Origin: Eledone cirrhosa
Lineage: Eukaryota
Length of the DNA stretch: 64,000 nt
Reading direction: 5' to 3'
NCBI GenBank assembly: GCA_964016885.1
Contig: OZ024746.1
Span: 86,552,001 to 86,616,000 of the forward strand
In this document: positions 44,521-60,024 of the stretch, piece by piece
Position numbering within the stretch: position 1 is the first letter of the stretch
How the letters are laid out: every line of letters begins with the position of its first letter
Notes under the pieces: model-generated
Told to the model about the DNA's origin: nothing
The model's database searches: none
The model's input: the letters and a program-made list of their open reading frames with translations, nothing else
Program-made: the position numbers and the translations under genes

Positions 44521-47100
44521 CCCTAGTACAATATAAAACACTGACTCAACTAGAAGCAACACAATTTAAATTTTATTGTTAAAGGTGTGACCTCACGTTA
44601 CTTAACATTAACAATATTTTCGTTAGATATCTGTTTGTCTGTGACTGAAACAGAGAAAGAAAAGAATAATAATTGACCCTGCTACTTTATCTGTCGACTC
44701 CAAAATAATGGTTTCTTATATAGGCACAAGGTCAGCAATTTTTGGGGAGGGGAAAGTCGATTAAATCGACTCCAGTGCATTACTGGTACTTTATTTTATC
44801 GACCCCGTAAGGATGAAAGACAAAGTTAACCACAGCGGGATTTGAACTCTATGCTGAAAAGCATGGCATCCGACCCTAGTCGACTCCAAAATAATGATTT
44901 CATTTATTGGCCACAAGGGCCGACATATAGGGGACAATACAAAAGTCTGGGACAGTGGGGTTTTACAGAAAAATCGAGTAAACAATATGAATAACAATAA
45001 CAAAGTAACAAGAAAAATACAACAAGAATAATTCCCCAATAGGGAGGGATGACCACCCAGGATTCGCTCAGGTACCCCACCAATCCTGAACGACCCGACG
45101 CTTCGAAAGCACCCGGGAAGGGCACCCCTCTCCTCCTCAAATTTACCCACCTACAGGCGCATGATCAGAGTAGGCCCACTCAAACGGGCCAAGTCGACTC
45201 CAAAATAATCAAAGGCAAAGTTAGCTAGGCTGAATTTGAACTCAAAGCGCAGGGAACTGGACCGAATCGCAAAACCTATTTCACCCGGTGCCCTAAAGAC
45301 TCTGCCAATTTACTCTCTTTTCTTTGTCGTGATGAATACTACAAATCATTTTATCCGACCCTGTAATGACTACCAAATTCATCACCTTCGCATAATATAT
45401 ATATAGATATGATGAAATAACAAAATGCTGTCGCTTTTCTTTTTAAGTTTTCAAACAACTATCGATCGGTTGGGACGGTTGTTATCTCTCAAGTAAAATA
45501 CCAGTATTTATAGAGATTAGTCTCAAGTATTAGGAGGATTACAAGATAAGGATGAATCTGGAGGAAAGTTTGAAGCAGTTGGTTTGCGAACAATTGTGTA
45601 TGAATTAAAAGAAAATAGCTAAAATAATGCAACCGTGAGGTTGTGAGTTATATGCGTTGAGACCTTGAACAAGACACTTTATTTCACGCTGCTTCAGTTT
45701 ACTCATCTGTAGAAATGTGTTGCGATGTCACTGGTGCCAAGCTGTATCGGCCATTGCCTTTCACTTGGACAACATCGGTGTTGTGGAGAGGGAAACCGGT
45801 ATGCATGAGTGACTGCTGGTCTTCAACAAACAATATTGCCCGGATTTGTAACTCGGAGAGGAACTTTCTAGGTGCAAATCCCATGGTCATTTGTTAAGGA
45901 AGGGCGTGTTTACCTAAAATATTAAAGTATTACGCAAAGCTTAATCCAACCCAATACATATTTTTCTAAATTTCTTTTTCTCATTAACCTCTTCCATACG
46001 AAAAGTTATCTTAAAAAAAGTAACAGGAAGCTTGCTACTGGTAAGCAACTGCTAGGGAGTGGCAGCCACACTGTGTGAGGTATTATACTTCTCCAATGTG
46101 CTTTCCCACGGTTACTGCTTGCAAAATTCACCTCACAAAACTTTGATCAACATGAGTCTATGGTAGCAGACACTTATCCAATGAGCACCGCAGTGGGATG
46201 GAACTAACAACCACGTAACTGCAATGCAAATTTGTTAACCACACCGCCATGTGAGATTTAGTCTGAAGGAAAACGTGAATGTTATAAATTCCTAGTTCCT
46301 CTCGATCATTAATACTCAATGTTTATATGATATCTATTTCTATACATTTAGGGAGATAACAATTTAGCTGTTTCATTATTTTTTTGGACGATTATTTTTA
46401 GGGCAGTGGTTTGGCAGTATCAGTAGAAGGGTCGGATGCCATGCTTTGCAGCAAAGTTACGGCCGTTTATGGTCTGAGTTCAAATCCCACCTAGGTTAAC
46501 TTTGCCTTTCATCCTTACGGGGTCGATAAAATAAAGTACCAGTCACGCTCTGGGGTCGATTTAATCGACTTCCCCCTCCCCCCAAATTGCTGGCCTTGTG
46601 CCTATATAAGAAACCATTATTTTTTTAGCCGACATGGAAGATGTAAAATTAATATGTTGTCAAGTAAATTAGAAACTTTATGAGATGAAATTGCCAATGA
46701 TTACACGGTTGTTCAACCTGCCAGAGCTAGTAGCAATCTTCCGCAAATCACATACTAACGTCTTAAGACTAAATGATACATTGGATTATGTCGTGTTGTA
46801 GTCTTGTATTCAAGAAAAAAAAATAAAACGGGGTAGTCAGTTGAAAATTCATGTTATTTAATATTTAGTCAGGAAGAATAGAGGGGGTGCTTCTCTTACG
46901 ACCTGTTTTCCAGCTCTCCCGAGAGTTTCTTACCACTGAAACGACGTTCAAATCTGTGGATGGTTTGTATTAACAGAAGGGATATTTATAATGATTAAGG
47001 TTTGTACTAATACGATTTTTGTGCCGAGATGTTTTGAGGCGTTTGTATTACTGGGTGAATGAGTTGAATATGCTCTATATGCAAATGAGCATCCGTATAC

Positions 47101-47156
<56 letters not shown>

Positions 47157-47211
47157 TTATTTGTCTTATCGAGCCGTCTTTGGATTTTAGTCTTCACATT
47201 TATTATGATTA

Positions 47212-47288
<77 letters not shown>

Positions 47289-47317
47289 CACACACATATA
47301 TATATATATATTATTCA

Positions 47318-47735
47318 GAATATTAATAAATGAAGACATTCACATAATCAAAATATATGTTTTATTATATATATTTCGAAGGTACTGTGCTGTTCTTTCA
47401 GTACGTCCTCGTCAGATAAAATACATGAATTGATGTATGACATACCTCAACGGTCTTGATGGTTCAATTCCAGTATTGGAATTGAACCATCAAGACCATT
47501 GAGGTATGTTATACACCAATTCCTTTAATTTATCTGACGAGGACGTACTGAAAAAACAGCACAGTACCTTCGAAATATATATAATAAAACATATATTTTG
47601 ATTATGTGAATGTCTTCATTTATTAATAGCCTGAATAATATTAATAACTCCAGAAAACTTCTTTGTAGAGTGCTTTTAATCTATTGTAAAACTATATTCA
47701 TTGAGTAATCAGTGAGCTTATTAATCTTTGGTTAT
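47318..47735. mobile_element. Family A pLTR with a ~320-bp palindrome and two opposed hammerheads
   Basis: TTTAT-CTGACGA-GGACGTACTG..CAGTACCTTC-GAA-ATATATAT-A-ATAAA at 47529-47588(+) and 47360-47421(-); tail homologous to 3580-3727. Confidence 0.85.
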
Positions 47736-47753
47736 ATATATATATATATATAT

Positions 47754-48107
47754 ATGTTGACTGAAAAGTTCATAGGCTGACTATGAAGGAGTGATGCTAG
47801 CGCTGTGAAAGCTTGCATGCATTACCAGACCTGTCAACCATCCTTGTCCGACGGGGAGATCTCCAACCCACTTTGGGGTGGGTGAGTTATGTATTCTCTC
47901 ATAAAAATGGGTATAGCTTTCATTATGTAAAATCTTCCCATTTTGCCTTATTTCTCTCTGTTTTGGGGCACTTTATTTTCATGGTACTCCCCGTTTGGGT
48001 TTTTAGAGGATGGCAGAACCGCATTAATTTCAGCTCTTGTTATTAATAACTGCTTTGTTTCTTTCAAGAGATTATGTTGAAAAATAACTTTTCAGCCGAC
48101 TCTTGTA
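47754..48107. mobile_element. mariner-type MITE
   Basis: GTTGACTGAAAAGTT...AACTTTTCAGCCGAC..TA terminal inverted repeats; another mariner-like end AAACACCCTGTA at ~53908-53919. Confidence 0.55.
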
Positions 48108-48400
48108 AATCTGAACACCGGAACGAATACTTGCAACAGAGAAAAGCCTGCCAAAGGTAGCCACGGACCAGAATATTATGTTAACCCTTTAGAATTTAAA
48201 CCGGCCATAATTATCTCCCATCTTTCTGTTCAAACTGGCCATAATCGGCTGCTCATACTTATGTTAAGCTGTGTTCTCGAAATAAATAGCATCAAAATCT
48301 CATAGATTTAATATTATGTGAGATAATTATATGAAATAAAGTGATTACCGTGAAAATACAATAGTAAATATAGAGTAATGTAAATGCTAAAGGGTTAAAC

Positions 48401-48705
48401 CAGAGGTTCTCAAACCTTTTGGGCCAACACCCCGCTCACAGACACGTAATGCCCTCAACGCCCAACCCTATTTCCAGAAAGAACTGCCTACATACAAATT
48501 GTAAATTACATATAATAAATAAATTCACTAATTTATATACGAGTATAAATAAATAGTATATATATATTTTACTATATCTCTCTATCTATATATGTACTAT
48601 TTGATATTTAATATACTATTATATCATCTCAGTGCCTCCGGAACCTTGTAAACGTTCCCCCGGGGAGGTGGCGCGGGGTGGTTGTGCCTGCTTTGAGAAC
48701 GTCTG
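48401..48705 (+). mobile_element. hAT (Charlie-like) MITE
   Basis: CAGAGGTTCTCAAA / TTTGAGAACGTCTG inverted termini with 8-bp target duplication GGTTAAAC/TGTTAAAC. Confidence 0.75.
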
Positions 48706-48970
48706 TGTTAAACCAAGCGACCTCTTACGTCTACCATTCAACAGAAATAGAGTTATGCTTTATCAGGGATGCAGAGTTTTAAAGAAAAACTAAGGTGAAT
48801 TAAAAACTATAACGGGTCGCAGACTAGATTCGCTTGTAGCTTAGCAACCACCTTAACGGCTCTCAATACTTTAAAGGAATATTTTTAGTAATTAAACGAT
48901 CAAATATTATTGACCAATTAATTCAATCAATTCAGTAAACGATTGCTTCAACACTTTGTAATTTTGGTTA

Positions 48971-49113
<143 letters not shown>

Positions 49114-49392
49114 CATACACACACACAGATATATATATATATATATATATATAAAACGAAGGAGTTGTGGTAAGGAACCAGATGGACCATAACGCAGCAG
49201 AGTACTCAATACTTAGTGCAGTAGAGTGGGTAATAGGAAAAAGTATGACCCCGACGGCAGAGCTCAAGCCGTTTCGACGGCTATTTCTGGACTGAAATAG
49301 CCGTCGAAACGGCTTGAGCCCTGCTGTCGGAGTCATACTTTTCCCATATATATATATGTATATATATATATACATATATATATATGGGAAAA

Positions 49393-49437
<45 letters not shown>

Positions 49438-49439
49438 TC

Positions 49440-49733
49440 AGTATACACTGAGGATAAAAAACTCAGAGCTGTATGGGAGCATCCCAAAAGTCAGCTCAAA
49501 AGTGACACAGAGGAGACTGAGGTTAGCTGGACATGCTCACCGACATCCAGAGTTGACATTGCACTCAGTGCTCCTTTGGGAGCCCCTACATAGACTCACT
49601 AGAAGAGGAAGACCAAGGTTAACGTATGTTGATGCCCTAAGGACAGACACTGGTCTGTTGGAGACGCAGGACATGGCAGCGATAATGAGGGACAGAGACC
49701 GCTGGAGAGAACTCGTCCATGGAATTTTACCCG

Positions 49734-49735
<2 letters not shown>
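49440..49735 (+). pseudogene. RTE/RTEX-like LINE 3' fragment in (TA)n
   Basis: [45 protein letters not shown]. Confidence 0.75.
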
Positions 49736-49795
<60 letters not shown>

Positions 49796-49855
49796 ATGTA
49801 TACACACACACACACATATATATATATATGTGTATGTGTATATATGCATATATCC

Positions 49856-49934
<79 letters not shown>

Positions 49935-50044
49935 TATACATACATACATAGACACACACACATATATATATATATATATAAAGACAAAAGAGATGTTAAA
50001 TAATAGCACGAAAACAATAATAGAAATAATAGAAGTGAAATGAA

Positions 50045-50937
50045 AAAAACATAACAACAAAACCTAAAGTATATATATAATAAACAACATAACAACAAGC
50101 AAAGTGTACATACATAACAACAGACAATGTATATATATAATAGAAAACATAACAACAGACAAAGTATATATATAATAAAAACATAACAACAAAAACTAAA
50201 GTATATATATAATAGAAACATAACAACAAAAACCAAAGTATATATATAATAGAAACATAACAACAAAAACCAAAGTATATATATAATAGAAACATACCAA
50301 CAAAAACCAAAGTATATATATAATAGAAACATCACAACAAAAACCAAAGTATATATATAATAGAAACATCACAACAAAAACCAAAGTATATATATAATAG
50401 AAACATCACAACAAAAACCAAAGTATATATATAATAGAAACATAACAACAAAAACCAAAGTATATATATAATAGAAACATCACAACAAAAACCAAAGTAT
50501 ATATATAATAGAAACATCACAACAAAAACCAAAGTATATATATAATAGAAACATAACAAAAACCAAAGTATATATATATAATAGAAACATAACAACAAAA
50601 ACCAAAGTATATATATAATAGAAACATAACAACAAACACAAAGTATATATATAATAAAAACAACATAACAACAAAACCTAAAGTATATTTACATAATAAA
50701 AAAAACATAACAACAAAAACCAAAGTATATATATAATAGAAACATAACAACAAACACCAAAGTATATATATAATAGAAACATAACAACAAACACCAAAGT
50801 ATATATATAATAGAAACATAACAACAAAAACCAAAGTATATATATATAATAGAAACATAACAACAAACACCAAAGTATATATATAATAGAAACATAACAA
50901 CAAACACCAAAGTATATATATAATAGAAACATAACAA
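50045..50937 (+). repeat. 37-bp minisatellite, ~24 copies
   Basis: Unit AAACATAACAACAAAAACCAAAGTATATATATAATAG. Confidence 0.95.
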
Positions 50938-51065
50938 ACGATTAATTTTCGTTGATAGTTTAATTTAATCTCATTGATACTATTTCTTGATTGATCAATA
51001 AAAAATACATTGTTTCTCGAAGACTGATTACTTGTTATTGATTTATTTTACAGTAGAATATAGAT

Positions 51066-51117
<52 letters not shown>

Positions 51118-51197
51118 ACACACACAAACACACAAACACACACATATATATATACACACGCACATATATATATATATTAAATATATATACAAATATA

Positions 51198-51236
<39 letters not shown>

Positions 51237-51335
51237 CAGTACAAAAATATATATATACACAGATATATATATATATATATATATACATACACACGCAAAC
51301 ACACACACATACATATATATATATATGTGTATGTG

Positions 51336-51390
<55 letters not shown>

Positions 51391-51412
51391 TTTATGTGTG
51401 TGCGTGTGTATG

Positions 51413-51478
<66 letters not shown>

Positions 51479-51831
51479 GTGTGTGCGTGTGTGCGTGCGT
51501 GTGTATGTGTGTGCCTGTATTTACATGTAAATATACAGTATAATATATATATCAAGTACAAGCGTTTCTCTCTCACTCTATCTAGTTGTCTATTCCTCTC
51601 TGTCTTTCTCACGACACACACACACACATGGACACACACACATGTACGCACACACACTCATGTACACACAATCATGCACACACATGTACACACACACATG
51701 TACGCACACACACTCATGTACACACGCTCACGCACACACACTCATGTACACACAATCATGCACACACACTCATGTACACACGCTCACGTATACACAATCA
51801 TGTACGCACACTCATGTTGACACACAATAGT

Positions 51832-51878
<47 letters not shown>

Positions 51879-52673
51879 AGTGATTTTGTTGTTTTTATTT
51901 AAGAAAAATTCTGGAATATTTAAAAAATATCTCATGAAAAAACAAAAACAAAAAAATAGAAAGCCACATACTCACACACATGTACTCACACACACATACT
52001 CACACACACACATACCCTCACTCACACAGAAACACTGATACACACGCATAAACATACATAAACATACACACACTGATACGCACTCATAAACATACACACA
52101 CTGATACACACTCATAAACATACACACACTGATACACACTCATAAATATACACACACTGATACACACTCATAAACATACACACACTCACACAGAAACACT
52201 GATACACATTCATAAACACACTCACACACACACACACACACACACTGACACACATTTATAAACACACTGGTTCACACACTCATAAACACTCTTAAACACA
52301 CTCACAAATGCACTCACACACATACTCACACACACTCACAAACACACTGGCACACACACTAACACACACGCTCACAAGCATACTTACACTCACACACAAT
52401 CACACACACACACACACACTCAAAAACACATGAATACGCACACTCACAAACACACTCCCACATACACTCACAAACACACACTGACTCACGCCAACAACTC
52501 TCTCACACACACACTCACAAACACACACACACACATACACACACTGACAGACCCGACATACTTAAATGATGAGTTTTTCTTTGTCTGTTGTGAAGATTAG
52601 TTTACCATTTTGGTGAACTTTGTAAATTTACCTTTCAATTATATTGTTATTGTTACTTTTGTTGAAGAGATAT

Positions 52674-53648
52674 GAGATTGGTTTACATATATAGACCAGT
52701 AGATAGAGAATAAGATAGATTTCTTTATTTGCCACAAGGGCGCACAAGAAAAGGGGACAAAACAGAGACACATGCCGGGGATTTTACATACAATCGTGTA
52801 AAATTATTGAAACAAACAAATTTAACATTAGAAATCCCCAATAGGGGGGAGGCGCCAGAAATGGGTTGTTTAATACCCCGTAGATAGAACAACCCTCAAC
52901 TTCAGGAGCGTGTTGTGCAAGTGTTCCTTTCTTCCTTTTGCTCTCTTCTTCAACCTGCAGCTTTATATACAGAGAAGGCCCAATCACTCGGGCCATTTTT
53001 GCCACATTCACCCACATTTCAGTAAATTTACTGGGGTGTAGATAGAGAATAAGATAGAGATTGGTTTATATATATAGACCAGTAGATAGAGAATAAGATA
53101 GAGATTGGTTTACATATATAGACCAGTAGATAGAGGATAAGATAGAGATTGGTTTACATATATAGACCAGTAGATGGAGAATAAGATAGAGATTGGTTTA
53201 CATATATAGACTAGTAGATAGAGAATAAGATAGAGATGGTTTACATATATAGACCAGTAGATAGAGAATAAGATAGAGATTGGTTTACATATATAGACTA
53301 GTAGATAGAGGATAAGATAGAGATTGGTTTACATATATAGACCAGTAGATAGAGAATAAGATAGAGATTGGTTTACATATATAGACCAGTAGATAGAGAA
53401 TAAGATAGAGATTGGTTTACATATATAGACTAGTAGATAGAGGATAAGATAGAGATTGGTTTACATATATAGACCAGTAGATAGAGAATAAGATAGAGAT
53501 GGTTTACATATATAGACCAGTAGATAGAGAATAAGATAGAGATGGTTTACATATATAGACCAGTAGATAGAGAATAAGATAGAGATTGGTTTACATATAT
53601 AGACCAGTAGATAGAGGATAATATAGAGATTGGTTTACATATATAGAT
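52674..53648 (+). repeat. 44-bp minisatellite (~15 copies) interrupted by a Tx1-like 3' fragment
   Basis: Unit GAGATTGGTTTACATATATAGACCAGTAGATAGAGAATAAGATA. Confidence 0.95.
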
Positions 53649-53973
53649 ATAGAAGTTGGTGACCTTTTAGAAAACTCTCTTCACAAATGCACGCTGCACA
53701 GTCTTGTTCGACTGTGTTCGAGAATACTCCAACACACAAAACGCCTTTTCTCTTCGAGTGAATGCCATTTCTATACCTGAAAAGATAAACATATTAAACA
53801 TTACACATACAATTTTGACATGTTTCTACACATGCTGTTAAAATTTGAAGTCATTTGAACGGGAACTGGCAAAGTTATTAGATTGCGAAATGATATCAAA
53901 TTTTTTGAAACACCCTGTATATATAAGTATATATATTATATATAAGTATATATATTATATATATGTATATATA

Positions 53974-54217
<244 letters not shown>

Positions 54218-54885
54218 TATATATGTATATATATATATATATGCATGTATATATATATATATATATATGTGTGCGTGCGTGTGTATAAAAGGTAAACAGA
54301 AATAACAAAACAAAGCGCAAAATACACGGAAGGAATATATTAGTTTAACACTTGAAAGAGCATGAAGAGGGTTTTAACATTTCGGACACAAGTCCTTCAC
54401 AAAATAAAAAGAAAAAAAGGAATGAGAAATTAAAGAAATAGTAAGATTGAGGAGATGGCCAGGGCAGAAATGAATATTTTTTTTGTTAGAGTTAAATAAC
54501 AGGTCCATTCATGCTGTCATCTCTTGGAAAACTGTTGATGCCGGGGTTTTGTGTAATATACATTTTTTGAAAAGTTGATGATGGAGCAGGTCTATCTGAA
54601 AATGTAGAAACCCATTTGTATATCGAGCTGTGCGCATGCGTATACGTGTGTCTGTGTGTTTTTATACGCCCGTCCGAAGCTAAAAGGATATGTGTGTGTG
54701 TATATGTAAGTAATAGATCAAAATTGGACTATTCTCAACGCGAGGGGTAGCCGTACACAGCTGGATACTATTTGCATAGTAAATAATGTTTTTTTTTGGG
54801 GGGGGGGGGAAGATAAAACCACAAATCGAACGGAGAGTGGAAGAGAGAGGGAGAAAGAGAGTCAAAGTATGAGGTGAGAAATGAG

Positions 54886-54946
<61 letters not shown>

Positions 54947-55169
54947 AGAGAGAGAGGGGGGAGGGGGTGGGGAAGAAAGAGAGTCTAAAGTATGAGATGA
55001 GAAATGAGAGGGTTATATAGAGAGAGAAGGGACGAGGAGGAGAGGAGAAAAATAGGGACGAAAACGATGGAGCAAAACGAAGAGATGGATAATAAAAAAA
55101 TGGAGTGAATAGACTAACAAATCAAAGGAACTTAGCGCCATCTGAATCATCAGCTTCCCAACAATACCG

Positions 55170-55224
<55 letters not shown>

Positions 55225-55385
55225 TGTATACATCGCTACTTCAGAGCACTAATCCTAACACCCAATTTTTGCTGGATCGGCAATCGCTCTGTATAATTAG
55301 CTCTGTATAATTAGCTCCTGATTATTACTAGAATTCTATAAGAATCCAGCTTCTATAATTTTCGGCGGAAGCAGGGGAGTGCGTG

Positions 55386-55426
55386 GCTCTGATGAACGCC
55401 AACCAGCGTGAAACAGACTATCAGCT
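55386..55426 (+). ncRNA. Type I hammerhead motif
   Basis: GCT-CTGATGA-ACGC(caacca)GCGT-GAA-ACAGACTAT-C-AGC; stem III imperfect. Confidence 0.6.
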
Positions 55427-55542
55427 TCTCTCCCTTCTTTCGACGAAAAGAAGTAAGTCATTACTTTAAAACTGATAACGTATGGTCTTCTAAATGTTTT
55501 TAATTAAACATATGGTATATTGCCAAATATACTATACATACA

Positions 55543-55612
<70 letters not shown>

Positions 55613-55653
55613 AAAGAACACAAGAGCGTCTACAACATCAAAAGATTTTTATT

Positions 55654-55699
55654 GGCTTACAATGTTTCTTCCTTACGTAACCGTAGGATTCGTCAGAGC
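55654..55699 (-). ncRNA. Type I hammerhead motif
   Basis: GCT-CTGACGA-ATCCTACG(gtta)CGTAAGGAA-GAA-ACA(t)TGT-A-AGC. Confidence 0.7.
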
Positions 55700-55887
55700 T
55701 ATAAAAGGGGTTTGATTGGTGTTATGGACTCTACCAATCAAACATTCAAGAACAATATATATATATATATGCTTTCAGTTCCTCGGAGGACTAACAACAC
55801 ACCCAGGAGCTGGACATATCGATGTATTGACAGAGTGGAACACACTTCAACAACATGTGTACCTGTCTTTTCCACACTAATTCGGAC

Positions 55888-55938
55888 TGCCTGAAGAGGT
55901 TACAGCCAATAATAGCTGTCAACGAAATATATATAGCA
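55888..55938 (+). ncRNA. Type I hammerhead motif
   Basis: TGC-CTGAAGA-GGTTACAGC(caataata)GCTGTCAAC-GAA-ATATATAT-A-GCA. Confidence 0.75.
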
Positions 55939-55967
55939 AATTTTACATGTTTGACTTACTTATTTTT

Positions 55968-56041
<74 letters not shown>

Positions 56042-56053
56042 TCTATATATAAC

Positions 56054-56134
<81 letters not shown>

Positions 56135-56159
56135 ATATCTATATATCTATATATATCTA

Positions 56160-56234
<75 letters not shown>

Positions 56235-57293
56235 GATAATAAGGGCGCTGCGGAGTTGCAAATGGGTTACATATGAAAAAAGTTTGTCCTTCATCAGTGA
56301 TCTTCCAACTATCATAGGCATTTCATCGCTTTAAAGACCATATACCTCCGGTTGGTGCGAGCAACGGCTAAAAAAAGTCGTTGAGACACGTAAATAAAGG
56401 GGACGTAAGGGTAAACAAACAAAATGGTGAAGCAACAGAAAGTGAGGAAGAAGGAGACAAGTCCCAGATTTCTATGAATTTAAGTTCGATGAAATCGCGA
56501 ACGAGAGAATAAAGACCATCAAACCTGGTTGAAATGTGAGCAAGGAAGGAATTTCGCACAGGTCTAACGGAAGGAAGAAGGGGTCTGGTCTGCGAATTCG
56601 GTAAACATAAGTTCTGTGAAATCGTAGACGAGAGAGAAAAAATTCCGACCAGCTTGGCCGAGAATGTGAGAGAAAAGAATTACTCACAGGTCAAACGGGA
56701 AGAAAGAGGAGGAGGAGAGGTAGTGACAGAGAATGAGTGAGTGAAGGGTGAGGAAGAGGCTAACAGAGAGAGAGACTGCTAGAAAGGGTAAAGATACATA
56801 GAACGAAAAAGACGGTGTAGCAACAGAGGAAAAAAATATGTGTAAATATGATAATAAGGGCGCTGCGGAGTTGTAAATGGGTTACATATGAAAAAAGTTT
56901 GTCCTTCATCCGTGATCTTCCAACTTATATATATATATATATATATGCGAGTAAAACCACAAACCCTCCATCTCAATTCTACTTTTGCAAAGCATAAGAA
57001 ATGTGAAACCGGTAAAGGAAACAAATACATATTATTAAAAAGACTCCAGTTGCATTTCCGATTTCTTTTCCTTATATATATATATATATTTCTCCTTTTC
57101 GGGTAGTGTTTTCGATGCTCAAGAGTGGGATTGGTTGAGTGCAAGGCCTTTCCCCACTTACAAAACCTTCTAAGCACAGGCATTGCTTGTTCAGGATATG
57201 TTACAGGTTCGTGTGGCTCGCCTTAGCCTAAAAGTGCACCATTTTCTGAATCTGACAAGCGATTGCAATACTCTTACCAGGGTTTGCAGCCAT

Positions 57294-57328
<35 letters not shown>

Positions 57329-57907
57329 TCCACTTGTCACTTCACAGCTCTGTATATACACATCCATATCCTTATATTAACATATTTTGGCTCATAGCTT
57401 CGTACTTACAACACATACACACTCTTTTACTTACATATACACACACATATCTTCTTAACTTCGTACGGACGTATAATAATACATACATGCATACGCACGC
57501 GCACTTGTATAGCTCTTTATACAAAACGTATTTTTTTACATTTCAGGTAGACGCGCTCCATCATCCACGTTTATAAAAAAATAATCATACACACATCGCC
57601 AACATCAACAGTTTTCCAAGAGATGTCAACATGAATGGAACTGTTATTTTTATCTAAAGACATTTTTTCCAATTCCAACCCGTCCGTCCCTTTGAATCTA
57701 TCTTAATATCTCATTCTTTCTTCTGATGAAAGACTAGCGTCTGAAACGCTAAGACCCTCTTCGTGCTATTTCAAGCGTTAACCTAATATATTCCTTCCAT
57801 ATACTGTACCGATTGTGTTGTTATTTCTGTTTACATTTTACCCCCCCCCCTATATATATATAATATGGAAAACGAAGAATCAGTGATGCATCGGAACACA
57901 ATTTATT

Positions 57908-58000
57908 ACGTATTAAAGTTGTTTCACCGGCGAACAGCTCGAGGTGCGACCTGTTTGTGGATCGAACCTGACTCTGGATTCGCAAGTTCCTCAGACACGT
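57908..58000 (-). ncRNA. Type I hammerhead with ~60-nt stem II
   Basis: ACGTGT-CTGAGGA-[long bulged hairpin]-GAA-ACAACTTT-A-ATACGT. Confidence 0.6.
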
Positions 58001-58505
58001 CTAAGTATTTGCTTCGAAATCACTACATCATCTTCGAAATCACGAGACTTTACTCTTCTCCGAAGGAACATAGAGTGCTCAACCGGCATACCGCCTTGTT
58101 ACTCTGGAGCTTCACCAGCGCACTCACACGATCGTCAGATAAGACACTGATGATCCTGTGAGAGCGCAGATGAAACTGTAAAGGAACAGAGAGTAAGGAA
58201 TAAATATTTAAACTCTACTTTGGTATTAATTACTCATTCTTTCGTCCATCAATAATACATACGTATAGATATACAATGATATTAAATAAATGGAAACTAT
58301 ATTTATAAAACCATATTTATTCTATTATATATATTTCAAGGGTACCAAAATTTTGGTACGCTATCATCTATGTATGTGTACGTGTGTGTGTATCTACATA
58401 TATGCTAATTTTCATCATTTAACGTCAATTTACCATTTATTCCACATCATGGGTTGAAATAAAGATGGCTAAAACCCCCTATAATATCAATAATAGGATA
58501 TTTTA

Positions 58506-59045
<540 letters not shown>

Positions 59046-59049
59046 TCTC

Positions 59050-59153
<104 letters not shown>

Positions 59154-59364
59154 TAACAAAAAAGGTGTGGTAAGATACCAGGTGGACCATAACGTACCAG
59201 AGCACTCGATACTTAGGGTAGTAAAGTGGGTAATAGGAAAAGAGTCAGGACCCCGACGGCTGAGCTTCGGATCTAGCTATCGAAACGGCCGGAGCTCAGC
59301 CATCAGGGTCCCGACTCTTTTCTTATACACACACATACGCACGCCCCCCCCCCACACGCATGTA

Positions 59365-59605
59365 TTCAAAATGACAACAGAAGGCCGGACTGGAAGATAT
59401 GCTGTAAATTTTAATATCGTGAACTCACTATAGATATTTCAATGGCCCAGCTCCATCATCCATTTATGATGCAAGACAGAACGGTCTCATCAGGTGACTT
59501 CCACATAAATGGATGATGGAGTTGATTCATTGAAATATGTATAGTGTTTTCACGGAATTAAAATTTACAGCATATCTTCCAATCTGGCCCCCAGTTGTCT
59601 TTATA
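59365..59605. repeat. Diverged ~240-bp palindrome
   Basis: GGAAGATATGCTGTAAATTTTAAT..CTCCATCATCCATTTATG / CATAAATGGATGATGGAG..ATTAAAATTTACAGCATATCTTCC. Confidence 0.85.
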
Positions 59606-59867
59606 CTTTACTCCGTTTCCTGCGCCAACCACTTAATACCACATAAACGATGGATGATGTCCATAACTACGAGTGCTTTATTAATTCATTGCATCATGGT
59701 TTACCTACCAGAAACACCAGTTCTGCTCTTAGCTGCTGAAAATATATATCTTAAATGGAATATATATAGCGTCTGAAACGTTAAGACCCTCTTCCTGCTA
59801 TATCAAGCGTTAACCTAATATATACCTTCCATATACTGTACCGATTGTATTGTTATTTCCGTTTACC

Positions 59868-60024
<157 letters not shown>

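Noticed and set aside
59470-59500. Minus-strand CTGATGA-GAC..GTC at the palindrome centre
   Set aside because: No GAAA follows stem II, so it is at most a truncated remnant.
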